The notes: a model not told the origin generated them from the letters alone. Counted from the first letter of the stretch, positions 9,848-19,834 are shown. The stretch is 37,102 bases of DNA from a virus (IMGVR_UViG_3300027798_005175:1-37102), one strand, 5' to 3'. A program made the numbers and translations.

Positions 9848-10297
9848 ATGTCACAAAATAGATTTTTAATCTCTCATAGAGGTAATCTTAATGGTCCACA
9901 ACCAAATAAAGAGAACTCTCCTGATTATATAAATAAAGCTATTGAATCAGGTTATAATGTTGAAATTGATATTTGGTTTATTAATAATAAATGGTATTTA
10001 GGTCATGATAATCCTACATATGAAATAAAATATAATTTTTTATTTGATTCTCAATTTTGGCTACACGCTAAAAATGGTGAAGCATTTGATAAATTGCTTA
10101 GGGATAAAAACTATGATTTTAATGTATTTTGGCATACTACTGAAGATTGGGTTTTAACTAGTAAAGGTTATATATGGACTTATCCAAATAAATATTTATA
10201 TCAAAATAGTATTTGTGTAATGCCTGAAATAGGATATAAAGGTAATATTGATACATGTATAGGTGTATGCAGTGATTATATTTCAAATTATGATTAA
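9848..10297 (+). CDS. Small GDPD/PLC-like phosphodiesterase
   Basis: LISHRGN, ENSP, VEIDIW, LGHD, WLHAKN and GVCSD. Confidence 0.7.
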   Translation: MSQNRFLISHRGNLNGPQPNKENSPDYINKAIESGYNVEIDIWFINNKWYLGHDNPTYEIKYNFLFDSQFWLHAKNGEAFDKLLRDKNYDFNVFWHTTEDWVLTSKGYIWTYPNKYLYQNSICVMPEIGYKGNIDTCIGVCSDYISNYD

Positions 10298-10817
10298 ATT
10301 AGTTGTATTAGATGTTGATGGAATAATGACAGATGGTAAAAAGTATTATGATCAAAACGGATCTGTAGTTTTAAAAACTTTTTGTGACAAAGATTGGACT
10401 AGTATAAAAAGATTTAAATCTATGGGAATTAACGTGATATTTTTATCAGGAGATGAAAATATAAACAAACAAATTGCAAAAGATAGAAATATTGATTTTT
10501 ATTTAAGTAGATCATCACCAAAAGAATCTTTATTGAAAATTATTGAGGATAGATACAATGTTGATAGAAAAGATATGTGTTATTTTGGTGATGATTTGTT
10601 TGACATTGGTATAATGAAGGAAGTTGGATATTCTTTTTGTACATGTGATTCTCCTTTAATGGTAAAATCAAATTCAATTGAATTGAATGTTTTAGGTGGA
10701 AATAATGCAATATTATATTTATTTGAATATTGTGAAAAATATTGTTTAATTCCTATATTGAATTATGAAGAATTAATATCAAAAATATATGAATTAGATA
10801 AAAAGGAAAAGTTTTAA
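10290..10817 (+). CDS. KdsC-like HAD phosphatase
   Basis: Start at ATG 10290 overlaps the upstream stop. Motifs LDVDGIMTDG, LSG, K and YFGDDLFD. Confidence 0.85.
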   Translation: MIKLVVLDVDGIMTDGKKYYDQNGSVVLKTFCDKDWTSIKRFKSMGINVIFLSGDENINKQIAKDRNIDFYLSRSSPKESLLKIIEDRYNVDRKDMCYFGDDLFDIGIMKEVGYSFCTCDSPLMVKSNSIELNVLGGNNAILYLFEYCEKYCLIPILNYEELISKIYELDKKEKF

Positions 10818-10819
10818 TT

Positions 10820-11485
10820 ATGTATGATATAAGCTTATATGGACATCTCACGCGAGATATAATTTTTGAAGATTTTGACAGAAAAGATTCAATTGGATCA
10901 ATTGCAAATGTTTGGAGTACTCTTGTTCAAATTAATCCATCATTAAAAATAAATTTACAACCAACTTCTATTGGTCAGTCATTAATTTATGTTGATAAAG
11001 AAACGTCTATTAGAGTATCAAAGCCACAATTAAACTTAAAAAGTAAATTGCCATGTATAAAAGAATCAAAATGGAATCATATTTTATATGTAAATAATTT
11101 ACCAGATACATCTTTTATAAAAAACATTAATAGTGGTATCATATCATATGATATAAGTGTAGGAAAACAAATAGATGTGGAATTATTGAAATATGTGGAT
11201 TATTTGTTTATATCAGATGAAGACATGTTTACTGATTTTGACTCTCTTTGTAATTTAACAAAAGGTTGGGTTATTTTACATCATAAAACGGGAAGTATTT
11301 CATCAAATAAAAATAATAAAATAGTAATAAATACAGAAGAAATTGACAATGTAAATGTATTAGGCGCGGGTGACATTTATATTTCACATTTTATAGTTAA
11401 CATGTTAAGAAATATACAAATTAAAAATAGTTTACAGATGGCGCATGATGATACGTATAAAACGTTATTGGAGAGAAAAGTATGA
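10820..11485 (+). CDS. PfkB/ribokinase-family sugar kinase (short, divergent)
   Basis: N-terminal GHLTRD, VDYLFISDED and C-terminal NVLGAGDIY (D-x-x-GAGD signature). Confidence 0.75.
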   Translation: MYDISLYGHLTRDIIFEDFDRKDSIGSIANVWSTLVQINPSLKINLQPTSIGQSLIYVDKETSIRVSKPQLNLKSKLPCIKESKWNHILYVNNLPDTSFIKNINSGIISYDISVGKQIDVELLKYVDYLFISDEDMFTDFDSLCNLTKGWVILHHKTGSISSNKNNKIVINTEEIDNVNVLGAGDIYISHFIVNMLRNIQIKNSLQMAHDDTYKTLLERKV

Positions 11486-12642
11486 AAAAATTTAATTTGT
11501 TGGTTCCTATTGCGGGTAAAGGTTCTAGATTTCCAAAAGAAACTTATATAGCACCAAAGCCATTAATACTATTGGATAAGAAAACAATAATTGAATGGAC
11601 AATGAGTTGTATTGATTATACTGATTGCAATCTTATATTTGTAGTGAGAAAAGAACATGTAGATGAATTTTGCATTGATAGTTTTTTAAAAAGTAAATTT
11701 GGAAGTGATGTACAAATAGTAGTAACGGATAAAGTTACAGACGGTTCTGTTTGTTCATGTTTGTTAGCAGAAGAGTTAATAAACAATGATTTACCTTTAT
11801 TAATTCACTGTTCTGATATTTATTTTGAGAAAAAACTTGATCCAAACCAAATAAATACAAATTTAGACGGGTGTATATTAACATTTAAATCAAACTCACC
11901 AAATTACAGTTATTCACAGTTGAATGATGAAGGATTTGTAATTAAAACAAAAGAAAAAAGTGTAATAAGCAATAATGCATCCGTAGGACTTTATCATTTT
12001 AAATCAGGAAAATTGTTTGTTAAATATGCAAAACGGATGATTGAAGAAAACGTTAAAACAAATAATGAATACTATATCTGTCCACTGTATAATTTATTAA
12101 TTCAAGATGGACTTAAGATATACACATCAGAAGTAGAAAAAATGCATGTATTTGGTACTCCAGATGAGTACAATTTTTTTATTAATAATTCACTCAAATC
12201 ATGGAGAGAAAATAAAAAGACAGCATCAATATGTTCAGATCATTCAGGATTTGAAATAAAAGAAAAATTTAAGAAACTTCTTGATCAAAGTAATATCAAT
12301 TATATTGATTTTGGTACGTTTAATGAAAATGATTGTGATTACTCAGATTATGTAAAACTTAGTTGTAAATCAATAATAGAGAAAAAAACAGATTTTGGAT
12401 TTGGTTTTTGTAGAAGTGGACAAGGAATTAATATATGTGCCAACAAAATAGAAGGAATAAGATCCGCATTAATTGTTGATTCATATTTTGCTGAATATGC
12501 AGTCAGACATAATTGCGCAAACTTTTTTTCAATTTCATCAAAATATATAAAGACTGATGATGATTTAAATAATATTTTAACATCTATACTTAATAATACA
12601 TTTGATGGTGGTAGACATCAAAATAGATTACAAAAAATATGA
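11482..12642 (+). CDS. Sugar-phosphate nucleotidyltransferase fused to RpiB/LacAB sugar-phosphate isomerase
   Basis: N-terminal PIAGKGSRF...PKPLI, KEK and EYYI. C-terminal CSDHSG, DYSDY, CRSGQG...ANK, HNCAN and FDGGRH..R. Confidence 0.9.
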   Translation: MKKFNLLVPIAGKGSRFPKETYIAPKPLILLDKKTIIEWTMSCIDYTDCNLIFVVRKEHVDEFCIDSFLKSKFGSDVQIVVTDKVTDGSVCSCLLAEELINNDLPLLIHCSDIYFEKKLDPNQINTNLDGCILTFKSNSPNYSYSQLNDEGFVIKTKEKSVISNNASVGLYHFKSGKLFVKYAKRMIEENVKTNNEYYICPLYNLLIQDGLKIYTSEVEKMHVFGTPDEYNFFINNSLKSWRENKKTASICSDHSGFEIKEKFKKLLDQSNINYIDFGTFNENDCDYSDYVKLSCKSIIEKKTDFGFGFCRSGQGINICANKIEGIRSALIVDSYFAEYAVRHNCANFFSISSKYIKTDDDLNNILTSILNNTFDGGRHQNRLQKI

Positions 12643-12959
12643 TTTTTAATAACATTGACAATTTTAAAAATGGATGGATTTTAGGCAATTTTGAACCATC
12701 ATTATTTAAAAATGAAAATTTTGAAGTAGCAGTTCAGTTTCATCCAAAAGGATTCATCGGGGTGAAACATTATCATGCAAAAAGTACTGAATATAATTTA
12801 ATTTTAAGTGGAAAAGTTAATATTTGCGGTAAACAAATGAATAAAGGAGACATATTTGTATTTCTACCAAATGAAATTTCTGAAAGTAATTTTTTAGAAG
12901 ATACTGAAATATTAGTAATCAGATCTCCTTCAGATCCGTCTGATAAATATATCTGTTAA
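12639..12959 (+). CDS. Cupin-fold protein (possible NDP-sugar epimerase/isomerase)
   Basis: GWILGNFEP, KHYH...EYNLILSG and GDIFVFLP. Confidence 0.75.
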   Translation: MIFNNIDNFKNGWILGNFEPSLFKNENFEVAVQFHPKGFIGVKHYHAKSTEYNLILSGKVNICGKQMNKGDIFVFLPNEISESNFLEDTEILVIRSPSDPSDKYIC

Positions 12960-12961
12960 TT

Positions 12962-14560
12962 ATGAATTATACAAAAATAGATTTGGTTTTACAAGGGCCA
13001 TTACATGATTATACACCACAAATTGTAGATGAATATTTTAAACTTCCGTTTGTAAATAATATTATTATATCATGTTGGAATACATGTGCAAATTATACCT
13101 TTAATAAAAATACAATTATCATACGAAATGAAGACGTTGAATATCCAGGTGTAGGAAACAGAAATAGACAAATAAAATCTACACTTAATGGTATTAAACA
13201 TGTAACTACGGATTTTACAATAAAACTTAGAACAGATCAGTTCATATCATATGATAGTATGATTGACATTTATAATTTTTATTTCAATAATAATAAGGCT
13301 GAACTAAAATATTTAAATAAAAATGGACCTAATTTTAAAATTGGAATACATGGAATTTGTAAAGATTTTCCATTTCATCCAATTGATCATGTTTATTTTG
13401 GACATATTCAAGACTTACTTGAATTGTTTTCAATTGAATATGATAAGACTATACCACCTATTGAACCGGAAAATTTATTCTATAACGTTATAAGATCAGA
13501 AATTTATATTACTATTCCATATATATCAAATTTTGATACAAGAGTTAGTAATTATATTAAAGATCCATTATCATATTTAGTTGATAATGGCAGTAAAAGA
13601 ACAGATGCAATAGTTACTAGTAGAGAACTAATGGATAAAATTTTCATTAATTTTCCAAAAACAAACATGGAGTGGCCAAAATACTCTATGAAATTGTATC
13701 ATTATGATGTAATGGAATCAGAAAGAGGAGGACATGCATACTGGCATGACACCAAAAAATATAACAATAACAGACATATAAATTTTATAATGGGTGGAAA
13801 ATTAGGAGATTTCATTCATGCACTTTTTGCAGTAAAAAATATATGTGAAAGAGACAATGTTGTTGCAAATTTGTATATGTATGATATTGGATGGGAACAT
13901 GGTATCAATATCGCATATGATGAAATAAAAGATATATTACTATCACAACCATATATAAAATCATTTGAAATTTTATCAAAATATGAACTTCAGAAAAACG
14001 TTATTCATGTGTATGATGAAAAATTATTAAATGAAGGTTATATTGATCTAGGAGATTATATACGATCAAATAATTTATATAAATGTTGTTGGACTGATAT
14101 ATTTCAGAGAGATTATAATTTTAAAATAAAAGAATATAAATGGTTATTTTTTAATAAAACAGATCCCAAATTTAAAAACAAAGTAATAATAAACAGAAGA
14201 AACAATCCAGTAAGATTTAATCCTAATTTTCCATACAATGAGATTATGGAGTCATATAAAGATGATTTAATTTTTATATCTACTTCAGATGATGATTACA
14301 ATGCATTTCCATATAAAAATAAATGTGAATTTTATAAAATAAATAATATAGATGAATGGTTTACTGTTATAAATTCATCAGCATTATTTGTAGGAAATTT
14401 GTCTAGTCCAACTAGTATTGCAAGTTGTTTAGATAAAAAAAGAATAGTTGAATTACCAAATACAACTGACATAAACCATTGGATTGGAGAAGAAAAATAT
14501 TCAAAAAATATATCATGGTTTTTTGATCAAATTAAGTTATATAACATGACATCACTATAA
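12962..14560 (+). CDS. WavE-like domain fused to a GT9 (heptosyltransferase)-like domain
   Basis: N-terminal VLQGP, IIISCW, NRNRQIKSTLNG, KLRTD and FHPIDHVYFG. C-terminal GGKLGDFIHAL...FVGNLSSPTSIA. Confidence 0.65.
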   Translation: MNYTKIDLVLQGPLHDYTPQIVDEYFKLPFVNNIIISCWNTCANYTFNKNTIIIRNEDVEYPGVGNRNRQIKSTLNGIKHVTTDFTIKLRTDQFISYDSMIDIYNFYFNNNKAELKYLNKNGPNFKIGIHGICKDFPFHPIDHVYFGHIQDLLELFSIEYDKTIPPIEPENLFYNVIRSEIYITIPYISNFDTRVSNYIKDPLSYLVDNGSKRTDAIVTSRELMDKIFINFPKTNMEWPKYSMKLYHYDVMESERGGHAYWHDTKKYNNNRHINFIMGGKLGDFIHALFAVKNICERDNVVANLYMYDIGWEHGINIAYDEIKDILLSQPYIKSFEILSKYELQKNVIHVYDEKLLNEGYIDLGDYIRSNNLYKCCWTDIFQRDYNFKIKEYKWLFFNKTDPKFKNKVIINRRNNPVRFNPNFPYNEIMESYKDDLIFISTSDDDYNAFPYKNKCEFYKINNIDEWFTVINSSALFVGNLSSPTSIASCLDKKRIVELPNTTDINHWIGEEKYSKNISWFFDQIKLYNMTSL

Positions 14561-14561
14561 T

Positions 14562-15398
14562 ATGAAACCTTTTATTATTTATACATACCCTTTTAGTTTT
14601 GGTATAGGCGGAGTGGTAGTTTTACACAAATTATGTGACTTATTAAATAGTTTAGGACAAAAAGCATATATATTTCCAGAGCCATTTCCAGGTCAAACAG
14701 AACCATTCTTTTTATTAAATGAAAGTTACAATACACCAATTATAACACAAGAGATATTAAGTGATATAAATAATTGTATAGTCATTTACCCTGAAGTCAT
14801 TAGAGGAAATCCACTTAATGCAAAAAATGTTGTAAGGTGGTTGTTAAATAGATCTGACATATATGAAGACAGTTACGGACCAAATGATTTGATTTTTTAT
14901 CATTCAAAATTGTTTTATTCACAAAAATTAAAAAATGAAAACAATTTGTTGACAATTATGGAATATCACAGTGAAATTTTTAAAGATTATAATCTAAAAA
15001 GAAAAGGTTCATGTTATGCAATAAGAAAATGTGAAAATCCAAAATTTATTCATCCACCTAATAGTATTGAGATAAAATGGAATGATGCTGGTAATTATGA
15101 ATTATTGATTCATTTATTCAATACTACAGATACATTTTACAGTTATGATGATACTACATTTTTAAGTGTCCAAGCAGCTATGTGCGGGTGTACTTCTATT
15201 ATTGTTCCTAGTAAATATACAAAAAATGAATGGACAGAAAAATCTCCTGAGATATGTAGATATGGAGTTGCATATGGAAATATAGACAGTGAAATTGCAC
15301 ATGCTAATTCTACAAGAAAGATTTTGCTTGACAAAATCCAAGAATACAAAAATAATACAACTGAAATAAATAATTTTATATCTATATGCCAGAAATAA
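14562..15398 (+). CDS. WavQ-like putative glycosyltransferase
   Basis: GGVVVLHKLC, YPEVIRGNPLNAKNVVRWLL and FYSYD..TFLSVQAAMCGC. Confidence 0.6.
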   Translation: MKPFIIYTYPFSFGIGGVVVLHKLCDLLNSLGQKAYIFPEPFPGQTEPFFLLNESYNTPIITQEILSDINNCIVIYPEVIRGNPLNAKNVVRWLLNRSDIYEDSYGPNDLIFYHSKLFYSQKLKNENNLLTIMEYHSEIFKDYNLKRKGSCYAIRKCENPKFIHPPNSIEIKWNDAGNYELLIHLFNTTDTFYSYDDTTFLSVQAAMCGCTSIIVPSKYTKNEWTEKSPEICRYGVAYGNIDSEIAHANSTRKILLDKIQEYKNNTTEINNFISICQK

Positions 15399-16495
15399 CT
15401 GATATATCCTTTTTAATCTCAACTAGAAACAGTTGTGAACGGTTGAAGATAGTATATTACAATATCAGATCATTTTATAAAGAAAATTACATTGTTTTTG
15501 TATCAGATAACTCAACAGATGATACTCATGATTTTTTAAGTAATTTACAAAAAACAGATGATAAAATCATACTACATCTATCAGATACCAGATTGAATTT
15601 TGCTGGAGCATACAATAAGGGAATTGAATTATGTCCTACAAATCTATTCTGTTTTTTCCATGATGATACATTTGTATCTGAAAATTTTTTGGAAAATCTA
15701 GTAAAAAATCTTGAAGAACATAATACATTTGCGTGTTTTTCTACATGTGAACCGCCAATATTTCATAGTTCTGATTCAATTGGTAAACCCATTAAAAATT
15801 TTGGAACTGATTACAAAACATTAAAACTTGATGAATTTTATAAATTTTCAAAAGACTTTTGTAATAAAAATAATAAAACAATTTCATATGGTGGTGGATT
15901 TTTTATGTGCGGTCCAATAGAAGAAGTTAGAAAATTAAATGGATTTGATCCTTTATTTTACCCGCACTTCAGTGAAGATTCTGATTTAATTCATAAACTT
16001 ATACTTAACGGAAACAAATTTGTATTGGTATTAGATAGTTTAGTATATCATTTACCAAGTAGCACATCTAAATTTTCAGATGAATTTAAAAATAAAAAAT
16101 TAGATTTTGGCATTAGAAATTTTCTAAGAAAATGGCATGTTCCGTGGCCTGTAATCCAAGCGTTTAATAATGATGATGTTTGTTATAAAAAATCAAGATG
16201 TAAACTAATACTAAACTCTTCAAATATAAAATTACTATATCATTTAGAACCATTTTTTGATACAATTGTTACAAACAATTCAGATTTAATTAATCAGTAT
16301 ATAGAAAAAGAACAATTAAATACAAAATTCATATTAAAAGATAAATTTATAGAAAATGGGCCGTATGATTTTATATGTTATATCAATGAAAATCAAAATA
16401 TAAATGTTGACTATATCAGTAAATTGCAATATATTGTAAAAGATGCAGAAAAAGGGCAGTATAAAATAGAAGATTTAGTTATAGAACTTACATAA
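15386..16495 (+). CDS. GT2 family glycosyltransferase
   Basis: ISFLISTRN, SDNSTDDT, FFHDD, GFD..F...SEDSD, VYH and FLRKW. Confidence 0.88.
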   Translation: MPEITDISFLISTRNSCERLKIVYYNIRSFYKENYIVFVSDNSTDDTHDFLSNLQKTDDKIILHLSDTRLNFAGAYNKGIELCPTNLFCFFHDDTFVSENFLENLVKNLEEHNTFACFSTCEPPIFHSSDSIGKPIKNFGTDYKTLKLDEFYKFSKDFCNKNNKTISYGGGFFMCGPIEEVRKLNGFDPLFYPHFSEDSDLIHKLILNGNKFVLVLDSLVYHLPSSTSKFSDEFKNKKLDFGIRNFLRKWHVPWPVIQAFNNDDVCYKKSRCKLILNSSNIKLLYHLEPFFDTIVTNNSDLINQYIEKEQLNTKFILKDKFIENGPYDFICYINENQNINVDYISKLQYIVKDAEKGQYKIEDLVIELT

Positions 16496-16497
16496 TT

Positions 16498-17820
16498 ATG
16501 GATGAAAATTTAAATAAAATATTAGAAGATATTGATTCTTACATCAAAAATAAACATAAATCAAAAACATGGAAACCAGGAGAAGATTGGGTACAATATG
16601 CCGGTCCTTTTTTTGACTCAAAAGAGTATGTATCAGCAATAAAATCTCTTTTAAATGAGTGGTTAGTAATGGGTCAAGATGCATTAAACTTTGAAAATAT
16701 ATTTCCAAAACAATTCAATAAAGAATATGGCATTTTAACCAATAGTGGAAGTAGTTCAAATTTGATAATGATGTCAGTATTAACGTCCAAACGTTTATAC
16801 AATTTACCAAAAGGAACTAAAGTAATAACACCAATTGCGGGATTTCCTACCACTTTAAATCCTATTTTTCAAGTTGGATTTGAACCTGCGTTTGTTGATA
16901 TTGATGTAGATACTCTCAATCTAAATTTAGATCAAGTTGAAGAAGAGGCTAAAAAAGGCGCAAAAGTCATTACATTTGCACATGTACTAGGCAACCCACC
17001 AAACATGAACCGTTTGATGGAAATCATCAAACAATACAATTTAATTCTATTGGAAGATTGTTGTGATGCGCTTGGTTCAACCTATAATGGTATTCCATTA
17101 GGTAGTTTTGGTGAATTAGCTAGTTGTAGTTTTTATCCCGCACATCATATGACAATGGGTGAGGGAGGATTTGTTATATGTAATACTAAAATACAAGAAA
17201 TTATTGCACGAAGTTTCCGTGAATGGGGACGTGGATGTTATTGTGTTGGTAAAAAAGCAGGTCTACTAAAAAATGGTAGTTGTGGCACTAGATTTTCAAA
17301 TTGGTTACCTGAACTGCCAGATGAAGTATTTGATCATAAGTATGTATATGATGAAATTGGTTATAATTTAAAACCAATTGAACTACAAGCATCTATTGGG
17401 CTTGAACAAATTAAGAAATTGCCAGAAATTCATCGTAGAAGAAAAGAAAATCATTCAAAATTAGTAAATATTTTTAAAGAATATGAAGATTTCTTTATTA
17501 TACCAAAGGCAACTGAACATGCAGATCCAAGTTGGTTTGCATTTGCAATAACAATTAAAAATGAAGCACCATTTAAAAGAAAAAATATAGTTGATTTCTT
17601 TGAAACCAAGAAAATTCAAACTCGTCCTTATTTTGCTGGAAACATAATGTTACAACCAGCATATAACGGATTAATTGATAAAAATGAAGTTATTGCTAAA
17701 TATCCAATTGCAAGAAAAATTACTACAGATACTTTCTTTTTAGGAACGAGTCCGGTAATTACATCTGAACAAATTGAGTATATAAAAGAAACTCTATCAA
17801 ACTTTACTAAAACCATATAA
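16498..17820 (+). CDS. rfbH: NDP-4-keto-6-deoxyglucose 3-dehydrase (E1/DdhC/RfbH; PMP and [2Fe-2S])
   Basis: DegT fold with NSGSSSNL, FPTT, EDCCDALG, SFYPAHHMTMGEGG (His in place of the aminotransferase Lys), WGRGCYC...CG and DHKYVY..IGYNLK. Confidence 0.92.
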   Translation: MDENLNKILEDIDSYIKNKHKSKTWKPGEDWVQYAGPFFDSKEYVSAIKSLLNEWLVMGQDALNFENIFPKQFNKEYGILTNSGSSSNLIMMSVLTSKRLYNLPKGTKVITPIAGFPTTLNPIFQVGFEPAFVDIDVDTLNLNLDQVEEEAKKGAKVITFAHVLGNPPNMNRLMEIIKQYNLILLEDCCDALGSTYNGIPLGSFGELASCSFYPAHHMTMGEGGFVICNTKIQEIIARSFREWGRGCYCVGKKAGLLKNGSCGTRFSNWLPELPDEVFDHKYVYDEIGYNLKPIELQASIGLEQIKKLPEIHRRRKENHSKLVNIFKEYEDFFIIPKATEHADPSWFAFAITIKNEAPFKRKNIVDFFETKKIQTRPYFAGNIMLQPAYNGLIDKNEVIAKYPIARKITTDTFFLGTSPVITSEQIEYIKETLSNFTKTI

Positions 17821-17821
17821 C

Positions 17822-18796
17822 ATGAATAAAATCGTAATATTGAATATGTTCCGTGCAAAAAATAAACAGTCTTTTTTTGCATTGCATCAAATTTACAATA
17901 AAATAAAATCATTTGATGATTCCATTGATGTTAATTTTCATACATTATGGGACACTGAAAATGAGCTTGGTATGAAAAATGATAAAAAGTGGGAAGATTT
18001 AATAGATAATTATGGATTTAATTTAACATCATATAATAAAGAATTTTTCAGAGATTATTGGATGTCTGCATATGATTATGATGAACCGACTGTGACACTA
18101 AAATGTTCTAAATATTTCCCTATATATCAAATATTAATGATGCATTATTTGAGACGAGTTAAATTGTATGATTATTGTTTAATTTATGATGATGATATTT
18201 TAATTAATTATGATTTAGTTGATATTATAAAATTGATGAAAGAAAAAACTTCAGTTTTAATCACTGAACCATTCAATTGTAATTGTGATAAAGTATTAAT
18301 TAAAAAAATTTTAGAAATGTACGGACCTGAAGCAGTAACTCTTTATAAAAAAAGAAACCCAGATATACATGGATTTAATGCTGGTTTTCAAGGTGTAGAT
18401 TTATCTATATTTGATGACTTTCTATCAAAAGATAGATTTGAATTGATGATAAATATGTTCAATTATGATGGAATTATTGATTCAAATGGAAATGAGATAT
18501 GGGATCACAGACGGTTTGTAAATGATACACAACAACAATCATTTTTATCAAATATGAATATAATTAAATCTAAAAAAGATCCTCATATTTTAGATCCACT
18601 TACATGTTATGTAGCACCAAATTTTGGTAGTCATCCAATTTTAGGAACATTGAATTCAGAAGATGAATTGAATGGTTGGGGATGTTGTATGAAATCCAAA
18701 ATTTCCCATTTTATTGGTCATACAAGAGGAAAAGGAAAACCTATACAATTTTTAGAAAAAATGGATGAATACTTGAAAATAAATAATTTTCTGTAA
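17822..18796 (+). CDS. Divergent GT-A fold (GT8-like) glycosyltransferase
   Basis: YDDDIL, FNAG, QQSFL and HFIG in the order typical of GT8-like proteins. Confidence 0.55.
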   Translation: MNKIVILNMFRAKNKQSFFALHQIYNKIKSFDDSIDVNFHTLWDTENELGMKNDKKWEDLIDNYGFNLTSYNKEFFRDYWMSAYDYDEPTVTLKCSKYFPIYQILMMHYLRRVKLYDYCLIYDDDILINYDLVDIIKLMKEKTSVLITEPFNCNCDKVLIKKILEMYGPEAVTLYKKRNPDIHGFNAGFQGVDLSIFDDFLSKDRFELMINMFNYDGIIDSNGNEIWDHRRFVNDTQQQSFLSNMNIIKSKKDPHILDPLTCYVAPNFGSHPILGTLNSEDELNGWGCCMKSKISHFIGHTRGKGKPIQFLEKMDEYLKINNFL

Positions 18797-18834
18797 TTAA
18801 ATCAATAGGTTTAAAAAATATAAATAAATTTCAA

Positions 18835-18859
18835 ATATATATGTATATACGTATATACA
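18835..18859. promoter_or_regulatory. Palindromic operator-like site, copy 2 (TGTATATACGTATATACA at 18842-18859)
   Basis: Perfect 18-bp palindrome 9 nt before the rfbB ATG, in the largest intergenic gap of the island. Confidence 0.65.
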
Positions 18860-18868
18860 CAAACTATT

Positions 18869-19834
18869 ATGTCAAATAAAAAAATTGTATATATTACCGG
18901 ATGCTTAGGATTTATAGGATCATATGTCACAAAAGCATGTTTAGACCAAGGATGGTATGTAAAAGGAATTGATAAAATTACTTATGCTGCCAGAGTTGAT
19001 TTACTAGAAGAATTCAACAAAAATCCTCGTTTTAATTTTGAAAAATTAGATATTTGTAATATTGAAAGATTAGTAGACTGTGACTATTTCATTAATGTTG
19101 CAGCTGAAACTCATGTTGATAATTCAATCCGTAAAAGTGATGATTTTATACACTCAAATATTGATGGTGTATATAACATATTAGAATTATTAAAAATATA
19201 CAAAAAAGAGGGATATATTACTCCAACTTTAATTCATTTCAGTACTGATGAAGTATATGGAGATGTAATTGAAGGAGAACATATTGAAACTGATATTCTA
19301 AAACCAAGCAATCCATATAGTGCCACAAAAGCAGCTGCAGATCAATTAATAATTGCTTGGGGAAGAACATATGATTTGCCATATGTAATTGTCAGACCTA
19401 CAAATAACTATGGTGTTGGACAATACGTAGAAAAGTTAATTCCAAAATCATGTAAATTCATGCAATTAGGAAGAAAGATTCCTCTTCACAATAATGGTAC
19501 ACCAGTAAGAAATTGGTTACATGCAAAAGATACTGCAGATGGTATAATTACAATTATTAACAATGATGCAAAAAATGAAATTTTTAATATTGCTGGTGGA
19601 TTTGAACAATCTAATATAACAACTGTAGAAAAAATTATCAAAGAATATTTAGGTGAATTACCATCTGACTATAAAGAAAAATATTTAGATTTTTCTGTAC
19701 AACGTGTTGGACAAGATGTAAGATATGCATTAAATGATAGTAAATTACGTTCATTGGGATGGTCACCACAATGTCATTTTGACATAGAAATCAAACCAAT
19801 AGTTGAATTTTACAAACATAACTTCGTTTGGTAA
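18869..19834 (+). CDS. rfbB: dTDP-glucose 4,6-dehydratase
   Basis: TGCLGFIGS, DKITYA, AAETHVDNSI, STDEVYG, PYSATKA, NNYG..Q..EKLIP and RVGQDVRY. Confidence 0.93.
   Translation: MSNKKIVYITGCLGFIGSYVTKACLDQGWYVKGIDKITYAARVDLLEEFNKNPRFNFEKLDICNIERLVDCDYFINVAAETHVDNSIRKSDDFIHSNIDGVYNILELLKIYKKEGYITPTLIHFSTDEVYGDVIEGEHIETDILKPSNPYSATKAAADQLIIAWGRTYDLPYVIVRPTNNYGVGQYVEKLIPKSCKFMQLGRKIPLHNNGTPVRNWLHAKDTADGIITIINNDAKNEIFNIAGGFEQSNITTVEKIIKEYLGELPSDYKEKYLDFSVQRVGQDVRYALNDSKLRSLGWSPQCHFDIEIKPIVEFYKHNFVW

Noticed and set aside
10290-10817. Kdo or sialic-acid biosynthesis
   Set aside because: Only the KdsC-like phosphatase is present, with no KdsA/NeuB synthase or CMP-transferase recognised.
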